64,000 nucleotides of DNA from Lysobacterales bacterium (GTDB taxonomy: Bacteria > Pseudomonadota > Gammaproteobacteria > Xanthomonadales > SZUA-5). Below the pieces are notes generated by a model. The model ran no database searches. It was not told the origin of the DNA and saw nothing but the letters and a program-made list of their open reading frames with translations. Both the position numbers and the translations under genes were made by a program. The DNA is taken from NCBI GenBank assembly GCA_022841325.1, contig JALHRS010000016.1, forward strand, positions 9,094 to 73,093. Reading direction: 5' to 3'. Shown piece after piece: positions 53,419 through 62,516 of this stretch (its first letter is position 1; every line of letters starts with the position of its first letter).

Positions 53419-55758
53419 ATGATCCAACCGAACCGACCATCGCGCTGGCTGCTGCTGGGAATGGCCCTGACGCCCCTGTCCGCCGCGCTCGGCGCCGAAT
53501 TGTGCCCGGTGGATCCGTGGCACTGCGTGCGCGAGGGCCAGAACTGGGTTTGCAGCGGTCAGCCGAAGTTGCTGGACAGCGAGGCCGTCGACGCTGCTGC
53601 TCGGGCGGCGGCGAACACCGAACTCAGTGGTGACCGGCTGGAGGGCGTCGACGGCGAGAGCATGACACTGGTGGGCAATGCCCGCGCTGTCCGCGCCGAT
53701 CAGCGCTTGCAGGCGGAGAGCATCGAGTACGACATCAAGAAGGACAGCGCCCTGGCCCAGGGTGCGGTGCGCTATGAAGATGCCACCAATGCCTTCTATG
53801 CCAGCGAGGCCCGCGCCGACCTCGCCAAGGACAGCACCGAGCTCAGCGATGTGCGCTATGCGCTGAAGGCGCTGCGCGGCCAGGGGCGCGCCAGCGCGGT
53901 GCGCACCACCGGTGGCAAGCAGACCCATCTGGAGCAGGTCACCTATACGGCCTGCCCAGGCGAGGATCCGGCCTGGCAGATCGAGGCCAGCAGCCTCGAT
54001 ATCGACAACGAGGCCGGTCAGGCCAGGGCCCGGGATTTCAAGGTCCGGGTGGGCGGCATTCCCATTCTGTATTCGCCCTATGCCAGCTTTCCCATCGATG
54101 ACCGACGCAAGACCGGCTTCCTGGCGCCCAAGCTGGGCTTCGGCAGCGAGGGTCTGGAATTCGCTGCGCCCTACTACTGGAATCTGGCACCGAACTACGA
54201 TGCCACCTTGATCCCGGGCCTGATCAGTGACCGGGGCGGCAAGATCGGCGGCGAGTTCCGGTATCTCTACAGCGGCGGCAGCGGCCTGATCGACGGCGAG
54301 TGGTTGCCCAATGACAAGCTGCTGGATCGGGATCGCGAGCGGCTGCGCTTGCGCCACAACGGCGTGCTGTTGCCCGGCCTGCGCCTGGATGCCGATATCA
54401 ATCAGGTCTCGGATGATCGCTATTTCGTCGATCTGGGTGATTCGCTGAACACCTCGTCGACCTCGGTCCTGTCCAGTCTGGCGCAGCTCTCAGGCGGCGG
54501 CCGCAACTGGCACTGGAGTCTGCTCGCCGACGAGTACGAGCTGATCCTGCCTGACGTGGAGGAGCGCTTTCAGGCTGACCCCTACAAGCGCCTTCCACGC
54601 GCTGCGCTGAATTTCAACGATCACCGCGGTGGTTGGCGCTATGGCATTCAGAGCGAATGGGTCAACTTCAGTCGCGACGGCTTTTGTGTCAATGATGGCA
54701 GTGGTGGCTGCATCGAGACCCAGTCTGCCGAAGGTCGCCGCCTGGATCTGGCGCCGTATCTCGGCTACGAGTGGCAGCCCAGCTTCGGGCATCTGCGTTT
54801 GCGCAGCACGCTCAGACACACCAGCTATGAGCTTGATCGGAATCTGCCCGCCGGCAGCCCCTGTCGCCTCGATGGCAGCTGCGCCGACAGCATCGATCGG
54901 ACCACGCCCATCTTCAGCCTGGACAGCGGGCTGATCTTCGAGCGCCCCAGCGCCTTTGGATTCGACGGTCTGCGTCAGACCCTGGAACCGCGCCTCTATT
55001 ATCTGTACGTGCCCGAACGCGATCAGAGCGCCATTCCGGTCTTCGACACCGCGCCGCTGGATTTCAGCTTCAATCAGCTGTTCCGGGAAAACCGCTACAC
55101 CGGCGCCGATCGCCAGGCCGACGCCAACCAACTGACCCTGGCCCTGACCTCACGTCTGCTGGATGATGAACTCGGCAATGAACGTGCAGCGTTCAGCCTG
55201 GGTCAGGTCTACTACTTCGATGCGCCGACGGTCTATCTGCCCGATGAACTGGCGGCGGGCATCGTCGACGATCGCCAGCGCTCGGCCTATGTGGCTGAAG
55301 TGCGGGCACGCCTGAGCGGAACCTGGTCGATCACCGGTGGTCTGCGTTACGACCCTGAAACCGATCGCACCGACTTCGGCGCGGTGCGGCTGCAGAAACG
55401 GTTTGGCGATCAGGGTTTGCTGAATCTGGGCTACCGCTATCGCCCGGATCGACTGGAGCAGGGCGATGTGTCGGCGCTGATTCCGATCAACGACAACTGG
55501 CGGGCGGTGTTTCGCTGGAACTACTCATTGCGCGAGCGCACCACGCTCGAAGCGGTGGCCGGATTTGAATACATCAACTGCTGCTACAGCGTACGTTTGC
55601 TTTCAAGGAATTATCTTCGTGGCATAGGTACAGAGCGCCGCAACGCGGTCTTCCTGGAGTTCGAGCTGTCTGGCCTTGGCTCTCTGGGACGCGATACGGG
55701 TGACTTCCTGCGCCGTGCTATTCTCGGTTATCAGCCTTTCGGGGGCATCTCGGAATGA
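53419..55758 (+). CDS. lptD: LPS-assembly outer-membrane protein LptD
   Basis: Large beta-barrel protein upstream of surA-pdxA-rsmA. Start set to the ATG at 53419 (MIQPNRPSRWLLLGMALTPLSAALGA); the ATG at 53407 and TTG at 53389 are alternatives. Confidence 0.9.
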   Translation: MIQPNRPSRWLLLGMALTPLSAALGAELCPVDPWHCVREGQNWVCSGQPKLLDSEAVDAAARAAANTELSGDRLEGVDGESMTLVGNARAVRADQRLQAESIEYDIKKDSALAQGAVRYEDATNAFYASEARADLAKDSTELSDVRYALKALRGQGRASAVRTTGGKQTHLEQVTYTACPGEDPAWQIEASSLDIDNEAGQARARDFKVRVGGIPILYSPYASFPIDDRRKTGFLAPKLGFGSEGLEFAAPYYWNLAPNYDATLIPGLISDRGGKIGGEFRYLYSGGSGLIDGEWLPNDKLLDRDRERLRLRHNGVLLPGLRLDADINQVSDDRYFVDLGDSLNTSSTSVLSSLAQLSGGGRNWHWSLLADEYELILPDVEERFQADPYKRLPRAALNFNDHRGGWRYGIQSEWVNFSRDGFCVNDGSGGCIETQSAEGRRLDLAPYLGYEWQPSFGHLRLRSTLRHTSYELDRNLPAGSPCRLDGSCADSIDRTTPIFSLDSGLIFERPSAFGFDGLRQTLEPRLYYLYVPERDQSAIPVFDTAPLDFSFNQLFRENRYTGADRQADANQLTLALTSRLLDDELGNERAAFSLGQVYYFDAPTVYLPDELAAGIVDDRQRSAYVAEVRARLSGTWSITGGLRYDPETDRTDFGAVRLQKRFGDQGLLNLGYRYRPDRLEQGDVSALIPINDNWRAVFRWNYSLRERTTLEAVAGFEYINCCYSVRLLSRNYLRGIGTERRNAVFLEFELSGLGSLGRDTGDFLRRAILGYQPFGGISE

Positions 55759-57050
55759 AGTTCAACACACTGATTTGTTTGAGTTTTCTGGCAGTTTTTT
55801 CGGGTGCGGCGGAGCTCCGTGCGCAGTCGACGATGACACCTGTCGATCAGATCGTCGCGGTGGTCGATGAAGACATCATCCTGCGCAGCGAACTCGATCA
55901 GGCGCTGTCCGGCATTCGCCGCCAGTACGCCGGTCGCGAGAACCAGCTGCCGCCAAACGAAGTGCTCGAACGGCAGGTGCTGGAGCGACTGACGCTGGTA
56001 CGTCTGCAGCTGCAGCGAGCCGAGGCCACCGGTGTGAAAGTCACCGACACCGAGGTCGATGACGCCATCAGCCGGATCCTGCGCCAGAACAAGATCGACT
56101 TTAACCAGCTGCAACAGCAGCTGCTGCAGGACGGTTTCTCGCTGGCCGAGTTCCGCCGCACCATGCACGATGAACTGATGGTTCAGAAGCTGCGCCAGCG
56201 CGTGATCGAATCACGTTCCGACGTCAGCCCCTCGGAGCTCGAGATTGCGCTGGCCAGCAGTACCCAGCGCAAGGGCGAGGTGCGCCTGTCCGTGCTCCTG
56301 ATCGGTGTCCCCGACGGCGCCAGCCCGGAGCAGGTCGAGACTGCGCGCAGCAAGACCGAAGGTGTGAAGAAACTGATCGACGAGGGCAGCATTGATTTTA
56401 CCGCCGCCGCCATTCGCTATTCGGATGCCGGTCAGGCGCTGGAAGGTGGCGATCTGGGCTGGCGCCGCTACGACCAGGTGCCGCCGGCCTTTGCCGATCT
56501 GGTGGCCGGCATGGACATCGGTGATGTGTCGCAGCCGATGCGCACTCCCAGCGGCTTCTATCTGATCAAGCTGACCGATCGGCGCGAAACCAGCAAGATC
56601 GTGGTCACCGAATTCAATGCCCGCAAGATCGTGGTCCGGATCACCGAACTGCAGTCGGAAGGCGAAGCCAAGCGCGAGATCGATGCCATTTACGATCGAT
56701 TGCAGCGCGGCGAGGATTTCGAGAAACTGGCCAAGGAACAGTCGGATGATGACGCCACGGCGCCACTGGGCGGAGAAATCGGCTGGTTCCCGCTGGAAGG
56801 CCTGGATCCGGAGTTCTCCGAATTGATCTCGACGCTCAAGGATGGCGAGTTCAGCCGGCCCTTCCGTGAAGCAAGCGGTTGGCTGATCGTCAAGCGCACG
56901 GGTACCCGTCAGGCCGATCGCACCGAGTTCTACGTGCGTGGTCAGATGATGGAGAGTCTGCGCATGCGCAAGGGTGAGGAAGCCTACGAGCAGTTCCTGC
57001 GGCAGTTGCGCGGTGAGGCCTATATCGACTATCGGCTTGCCAAATCCTGA
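55755..57050 (+). CDS. surA: periplasmic chaperone/peptidyl-prolyl isomerase SurA
   Basis: Signal peptide, an N-terminal chaperone domain and parvulin-like segments (..SGFYLIKL.., ..SGWLIVKR..). ATGA overlap with lptD. Confidence 0.9.
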   Translation: MKFNTLICLSFLAVFSGAAELRAQSTMTPVDQIVAVVDEDIILRSELDQALSGIRRQYAGRENQLPPNEVLERQVLERLTLVRLQLQRAEATGVKVTDTEVDDAISRILRQNKIDFNQLQQQLLQDGFSLAEFRRTMHDELMVQKLRQRVIESRSDVSPSELEIALASSTQRKGEVRLSVLLIGVPDGASPEQVETARSKTEGVKKLIDEGSIDFTAAAIRYSDAGQALEGGDLGWRRYDQVPPAFADLVAGMDIGDVSQPMRTPSGFYLIKLTDRRETSKIVVTEFNARKIVVRITELQSEGEAKREIDAIYDRLQRGEDFEKLAKEQSDDDATAPLGGEIGWFPLEGLDPEFSELISTLKDGEFSRPFREASGWLIVKRTGTRQADRTEFYVRGQMMESLRMRKGEEAYEQFLRQLRGEAYIDYRLAKS

Positions 57051-57080
57051 TCCGGCTTGTCAGTGCCGGCCGGTGGAGAC

Positions 57081-58091
57081 ATGAAGACACATCGGATCGC
57101 GCTGACGGCGGGTGAGCCCGCGGGGATAGGGCCGGAATTGCTGGTGCGCATCGCCCAGCAGGCCTGGCCCTTCCGCGTGGTGGCCATTGCCGACCGGCGC
57201 TGTCTGCACGGCGCGGCGGCGCGTCTGGGCCTGCCGCTGACCCTGGTTGAAGACGAGCGGGCGGCGCGTGAGCCGCTGCCAGCCGGCTATCTGGCCCTGG
57301 TGTCTGCGCCTTTGGCGCGCGTGGCGACACCCGGTGAACTCGACCCCGTCAATGCCGCAGCAACATTGTCGATGCTGCGGATCGCAGCCGACGGTGCCAT
57401 CAGCGGTCGCTTCGATGCGATCGTCACGGCGCCGGTGCAGAAAAGCGCGCTCGACAGCGAACAGCATCCCTTCTCCGGTCACACCGAATATTTTCAGGCC
57501 CTGGCCGGCACCGGCCATGTGGTGATGATGCTGGTGGCGCCTGGCGATGGCGCCCGGCCGGCCCTGCGTGTCGCACTGGCTACGACCCATCTGCCGCTGC
57601 GTGCCGTCGCCGATGCCATCCAGCCGGACCTGCTGGAACGCTGTCTGCGCGTGCTGGAGCATGGGCTGCGCCGCGACTACGGCATCAATGCTCCGCGTAT
57701 TGCGGTGCTCGGCCTGAATCCGCATGCCGGCGAGGACGGCCATCTGGGACTGGAGGAACAGCAGGTGATCGAGCCACTGCTGCACAAGTTGCGTGCGCAG
57801 GGCATGCGCCTGGACGGGCCGTTGCCGGCCGACACTGCATTTGCGCCGAATCGACTGGCGCAGATCGACGCCTACCTCGCCATGTATCACGACCAGGGGC
57901 TGCCTGTGCTCAAGTTTGCCGGCTTCGGCAGTGCCGTCAACGTGACGCTGGGTCTGCCGTTTGTGCGTACCTCGGTCGATCATGGAACTGCACTCGATCT
58001 GGCCGGCAGCGGTCGCGCTGATCCGGGTTCGCTACGCGCGGCATTGCTGGAAGCGGCGCGCATGCTCGACGCACGTTCGCAGACCTCCTGA
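57081..58091 (+). CDS. pdxA: 4-hydroxythreonine-4-phosphate dehydrogenase
   Basis: IALTAGEPAGIGPEL, FSGHTEYF, LNPHAGE and VRTSVDHGTALDLAG. GGTGGAG upstream of the ATG at 57081. Confidence 0.9.
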   Translation: MKTHRIALTAGEPAGIGPELLVRIAQQAWPFRVVAIADRRCLHGAAARLGLPLTLVEDERAAREPLPAGYLALVSAPLARVATPGELDPVNAAATLSMLRIAADGAISGRFDAIVTAPVQKSALDSEQHPFSGHTEYFQALAGTGHVVMMLVAPGDGARPALRVALATTHLPLRAVADAIQPDLLERCLRVLEHGLRRDYGINAPRIAVLGLNPHAGEDGHLGLEEQQVIEPLLHKLRAQGMRLDGPLPADTAFAPNRLAQIDAYLAMYHDQGLPVLKFAGFGSAVNVTLGLPFVRTSVDHGTALDLAGSGRADPGSLRAALLEAARMLDARSQTS

Positions 58092-58882
58092 TGCACGCCC
58101 GCAAGCGCTTTGGCCAGAATTTCCTGCGTGATCAGGAAGTCATCGATCGCATCGTTCGTGCGGTCAAGCCGGAACCCGGCCAGCATCTGGTCGAAATCGG
58201 TCCCGGACGGGGTGCCATGACCTGGCCGCTGCTGCAGGCTCTGGGACAGATGACCGCGATCGAGATCGATCGCGATCTGGTGCCGATGCTGCGCGAGCAG
58301 AGCCCGGCGCACGGACAGCTGGAAGTGGTCGAGGCCGATGTGCTGGGCGTCGATTTCACCGAGCTGGCCGGCGCACGCATGCTGCGGGTGGTCGGCAATC
58401 TGCCCTACAACATCTCCACGCCGGTGCTGTTCCATCTGCTGGACCACGCGCCGGTGATCCAGGACATGCACTTCATGCTGCAGCGCGAAGTCGTGGAGCG
58501 CATGGCTGCGCCCCATGGCGACAAGGTCTACGGGCGCCTGAGCGTGGCCCTGCAGGCCCGCTGCAAGGTCGAAAAGCTGTTTCGGGTGATGCCCGGCAGC
58601 TTCTGGCCGGTGCCCAAGGTGGAATCGGCGATCGTCCGACTGACGCCACTGCACGATCCGGAGCGGGAAGCGCTGGCCCCGGCACTGGATCGGGTGATCC
58701 GCGCCGCCTTTGCGCAACGCCGCAAGACCCTGTCCAACGCGCTGCAGGGCGTGCTCGATCCGGTGACCATCGCCAGCTGCGGCGTGCGCCCCGACAGCCG
58801 CGCCGAACAGGTGCCGGTGAGCGGCTTTCTGGAACTGGCCAGGGCCTGGCAGTCGATCGCGGATAGCCAGGCACCTGCATAG
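58091..58882 (+). CDS. rsmA: 16S rRNA (adenine1518/1519-N6)-dimethyltransferase
   Basis: KRFGQNFL, VEIGPGRGAMT and GNLPYNISTP. Its start shares 1 nt with the pdxA stop. Confidence 0.9.
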   Translation: MHARKRFGQNFLRDQEVIDRIVRAVKPEPGQHLVEIGPGRGAMTWPLLQALGQMTAIEIDRDLVPMLREQSPAHGQLEVVEADVLGVDFTELAGARMLRVVGNLPYNISTPVLFHLLDHAPVIQDMHFMLQREVVERMAAPHGDKVYGRLSVALQARCKVEKLFRVMPGSFWPVPKVESAIVRLTPLHDPEREALAPALDRVIRAAFAQRRKTLSNALQGVLDPVTIASCGVRPDSRAEQVPVSGFLELARAWQSIADSQAPA

Positions 58883-58986
58883 GAGCGACCTCGCGTCGCG
58901 ACCGCGTTCTCTGCGTCCCGCTTCTGATATCGGCCCCTTCTGATTCTGGATTATCGCGGGTAACGGTCGCGACGCGAGGTCAATCC
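58879..58986. repeat. family U inverted pair with a V fragment
   Basis: ataggagcgacctcgcgtcgcgaccg ... cggtcgcgacgcgaggtcaatcc. Overlaps the rsmA stop codon. Confidence 0.7.
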
Positions 58987-59000
58987 AGGTCGAGACGCCG

Positions 59001-59033
59001 GCTGTTGGCCACACTGCGCCCAGCGCAAGCTAC
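59001..59033. repeat. degenerate family Q module
   Basis: gctgttggccacactgcgcccagcgcaagctac. Confidence 0.5.
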
Positions 59034-59048
59034 GTCTGGCGACTGTAA

Positions 59049-59076
59049 ATCAACAAGTTACGATATGGTTTCATGG
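59049..59076. repeat. family T module
   Basis: atcaacaagttacgatatggtttcatgg. Confidence 0.6.
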
Positions 59077-59214
59077 AAATCCCAGCGAAGCCATCCAGAG
59101 GCACTCTCCCACTCCGCTCTCCTGAGGTAGCCGGTCCGGTTTCCATCGCGGGCCTGATTGTGCGCCTTGACGAAGTGCTAGCCTCGCCATCTACTTCCGT
59201 GCGCGCGAGTACCC

Positions 59215-61104
59215 ATGTCCGGACACAGCCAATTCGGCCTGCTGGCCCAGCGTCGGTTTCTGCCCTTCTTTCTGTCGCAGGCGCTCGGTTCCTTCAACGA
59301 CAACGTCTTCAAGCAGGCTTTCGTGGCCCTGGTGGTGTTTGTCGGGGCAATCAGGACCGGGGTCAGCGATGCCAATTTCTCGCTGCTGGCCGGGGCGCTG
59401 TTCATCCTGCCCTTTTTCCTGTTTTCGGCGCTGGGCGGGCAGCTGGCGGACAAGTACGACAAGGCCAGATTGGCGCGCTGGATCAAGGGCGCCGAGATAC
59501 TGCTGATGATCGGTGCGGCGGCCGGTTTCCTGATGAAGAGCGCGCCGATCCTGCTGGCCATCATGTTCCTGATGGGACTGCAATCGACGCTGTTCGGACC
59601 GCTCAAGTACGGCATCCTGCCGCAGGTGCTGAAGGATGAGGAGCTCACCGGCGGCAATGGCCTGGTCGAGAGCGCGACCATGGTCGCCATCCTGCTCGGC
59701 ACCCTGGCCGGCACCACCATGGTGGGCGATCCCGAGATCGGATTGATGCTGACCGCGGCGGTGGTCATCGCCGTCGCCATGGCCGGCTGGCTGGCGGCGC
59801 TGGCCATGCCGGCGACGGCGCCGGTGGATGCGACACTCAAGGTCAACTGGAATCCCTTCACCGAGACCTGGCGCAGCCTGAAGTTCCTGGCCGGTAACCG
59901 CACGGTTTTTCTCAGTTGTCTGGGTATCAGCTGGTTCTGGTTCTACGGCTCGATGTATTTCCTGATCCTGCCCGTTTATGTGCGCGATGTGATCGGCGGC
60001 GGCGCGTCGGTATTCACGCTGATGCTGGCGCTGTTCTCGATAGGCACCGGCATCGGTGCCTTGCTGTGCGAGCTGCTGTCGCGGCGCAAGGTCGAAATCG
60101 GCCTGGTGCCTTTCGGATCCATCGGCATGACGCTGTTCGGACTGGATCTGTATTTCGCACTGCCGCAGGCCAGCGGGCTGGCAGAGCTCAGCATTGCCGG
60201 CTTTCTGGCCACGCCCTTCGGCTGGCGCCTGACCATCGATCTGGTGCTGATGGCAATCTTCTCCGGCTTTTTCATCGTGCCGCTGTTCGCGCTGATCCAG
60301 CAGCGCAGTGCCGCCAGCCATCGTTCCCGCGTGATTGGCGCCAACAACATCCTCAATGCGATCTTCATGGTGGCAGCGTCGCTGCTGGCCGGCTTGCTGA
60401 TGAATGGCATCGGCCTGAGTCTACCGCAGGTGCTGCTGGTCACGGCGCTGTTCAATGCCGTGGTCGCGATCTACATCTACACGCTGGTGCCGGAATTCCT
60501 GCTGCGCTTCATTGCCTGGATACTGGTCAACGTCATGTACCGGCTGCGGATCCGCGGCATCGATGCCATCCCCGACGAGGGCCCGGTGCTGCTGGTCTGC
60601 AACCACATCAGTTACGTCGACGCCCTGGTGGTGATGGGGTCGGTACCGCGACCGGTGCGTTTTGTCATGTACTACAAGATCTTCGACATGCCGGTCGCGA
60701 AACAGGTGTTTCGCTGGGCCAAGGCCATCCCGATCGCCGGCGCCAAGGAAGATCCGGTGCTCATGGAGAAGGCCTTCGAAGAAGTTTCCCGTGAGCTGCG
60801 CGACGGCAATATCGTCTGCATCTTCCCCGAGGGTGGCCTGACCCGCGACGGCGAGATTGCGCCTTTTCGTCCCGGGGTCGAGCGCATCCTCGAACGCGAT
60901 CCGGTCACGGTGGTGCCGATGGCGCTGCAGGGCCTCTGGGGTAGCGTGTTCTCGCGCCAGAATCAGATCCTGGGACGGCTCAAGCTGCCCCGGCGCTTCT
61001 GGTCGCGGGTGGGACTGGTGGTGGGCAAGCCGAGGCCGCCGCAGGAGGCCCGCGCGGCGACGCTGGAGGCCGATGTGCGGGCCCTGCGCGGCGATCAGGC
61101 CTGA
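59215..61104 (+). CDS. fusion of an LplT-like MFS lysophospholipid transporter and a PlsC-type acyltransferase
   Basis: The N-terminus FLPFFLSQALGSFNDNVFK is typical of LplT. Multiple TM helices follow. C-terminal acyltransferase motifs CNHISYVD (HX4D) and FPEGG. Confidence 0.75.
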   Translation: MSGHSQFGLLAQRRFLPFFLSQALGSFNDNVFKQAFVALVVFVGAIRTGVSDANFSLLAGALFILPFFLFSALGGQLADKYDKARLARWIKGAEILLMIGAAAGFLMKSAPILLAIMFLMGLQSTLFGPLKYGILPQVLKDEELTGGNGLVESATMVAILLGTLAGTTMVGDPEIGLMLTAAVVIAVAMAGWLAALAMPATAPVDATLKVNWNPFTETWRSLKFLAGNRTVFLSCLGISWFWFYGSMYFLILPVYVRDVIGGGASVFTLMLALFSIGTGIGALLCELLSRRKVEIGLVPFGSIGMTLFGLDLYFALPQASGLAELSIAGFLATPFGWRLTIDLVLMAIFSGFFIVPLFALIQQRSAASHRSRVIGANNILNAIFMVAASLLAGLLMNGIGLSLPQVLLVTALFNAVVAIYIYTLVPEFLLRFIAWILVNVMYRLRIRGIDAIPDEGPVLLVCNHISYVDALVVMGSVPRPVRFVMYYKIFDMPVAKQVFRWAKAIPIAGAKEDPVLMEKAFEEVSRELRDGNIVCIFPEGGLTRDGEIAPFRPGVERILERDPVTVVPMALQGLWGSVFSRQNQILGRLKLPRRFWSRVGLVVGKPRPPQEARAATLEADVRALRGDQA

Positions 61105-61113
61105 GCTCAGACC

Positions 61114-62289
61114 ATGAACACGGCCGAAATCTTCCTGATCGCGTTGACGATCATCTTCGCGGTGCCGTACCTGATCTGGCGGCTGGGGCGCACCGAATAC
61201 TGGGCGCCGCTGGTGGTGGTCCAGATCGTCACCGGCATCGTGCTCGGCCCGGGCATGCTCGGATCGGTCTTCCCCGAGTATTACGCCTACGTCTTCAACG
61301 CCCCGGTGATCACTGCGCTCAACGGTATTGCCTGGTGGGCGGTGATGCTGTTCGTCGGCATTGCCGGCATCGAACTCGATCTGCATCAGGCCTGGCGTTA
61401 CCGGCGTGAGAGCGGGATTACCGCCGGGCTGGCTTTTGCCTTGCCCCTGCTGCTCGGCAGCCTGGCAGGCGCGGCGCTGCTGTACTTCCCAGGATGGATC
61501 GGCGCACGGGCACAGTCATGGCAGTTCATGCTCGGCATCGGCATGGCTTGTGCGGTGACGGCCTTGCCGATATTGATCCTGTTCATGGAGAAACTGGCGA
61601 TCCTGCGTCAGCCGCTGGGCCAGCGCATCCTGCGCTATGCCAGTCTGGACGATCTGGCGGTCTGGGCGGTGCTGGCGCTGATCCTGCTCGATTGGGATCG
61701 GGTCGGCCGGCAGTTGCTGTTCCTGTTCGGATTCGCGGTCATCGGATTCGGATTCCGCCGACTGATGCGCCGGGTGCCCGAGCCCGATCGCTGGTATCTG
61801 GCGCTGATCTGGCTGGCGCTGGTGGGATTTGCCGCCGACTGGTCCGGACTGCATTTCATGGTCGGCGCCTTTCTTGCCGGGGCCATCATGGACAGCCACT
61901 GGTTCCATCAGGAGCGCCTGGATCTGCTGCGCGGTCATGTGCTGCTGGTGCTGATGCCGGTGTTCTTTCTCAGCACTGGCCTGCGCACACAATGGGAGGT
62001 GGGCGGCGCCGCGGTGTTCCTTGCAGCCGGCGGGCTGTTACTGGCGTCGGTGGCCGGCAAGCTCGCCGGCGTGCATCTGGCCGGGCGCATCCTGGGCTGG
62101 CCCGCCGGTCAGGCGGGCGTGATCGGCTGGCTGCTGCAGACCAAGGCGCTGATCATGATCATCTTTGCCAATGTGCTGCTCGACAAGGCCATCATCAGTA
62201 ACGAGACCTTCACTGCGCTGCTGATCATGGCCGTGCTCAGCACCATGCTCACGGTGCCGATGGTGACGCCGAGGCTGCGGCGGGTCTAG
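61114..62289 (+). CDS. cation:proton antiporter (CPA2/Kef-type membrane domain)
   Basis: 391-aa polytopic protein with the Na_H_exchanger-like pattern (..VVQIVTGIVLGP.., ..FFLSTGLR..). Confidence 0.75.
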   Translation: MNTAEIFLIALTIIFAVPYLIWRLGRTEYWAPLVVVQIVTGIVLGPGMLGSVFPEYYAYVFNAPVITALNGIAWWAVMLFVGIAGIELDLHQAWRYRRESGITAGLAFALPLLLGSLAGAALLYFPGWIGARAQSWQFMLGIGMACAVTALPILILFMEKLAILRQPLGQRILRYASLDDLAVWAVLALILLDWDRVGRQLLFLFGFAVIGFGFRRLMRRVPEPDRWYLALIWLALVGFAADWSGLHFMVGAFLAGAIMDSHWFHQERLDLLRGHVLLVLMPVFFLSTGLRTQWEVGGAAVFLAAGGLLLASVAGKLAGVHLAGRILGWPAGQAGVIGWLLQTKALIMIIFANVLLDKAIISNETFTALLIMAVLSTMLTVPMVTPRLRRV

Positions 62290-62300
62290 CACGGTCGCTG

Positions 62301-62511
62301 GCTGTGGGAGCGGCTTCAGCCGCGACAAGGGCTTCGTCGCATCCTCGCGACCGGCGTAGACGCAGACCCGTCAGGACATCGATCGCACCAGCCATCCCGG
62401 ACAGAGTCCGCTCCCACAGGTAGGAGCGAGCTTGCGTCGCGAACGGCGTAGACGCAGACCCGTCAGGACGTTGATCACAGCAGCCATCGCGGACAGAGTC
62501 CGCTCCCACAG
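62301..62511. repeat. family W REP cluster (TGTGGGAGCGG..CCGCGAC type) containing a 92-bp tandem duplication
   Basis: 62353-62419 and 62445-62511 are near-identical direct repeats (ggcgtagacgcagacccgtcaggac...cggacagagtccgctcccacag). Lies between convergent genes. Confidence 0.8.
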
Positions 62512-62516
62512 CTGCG

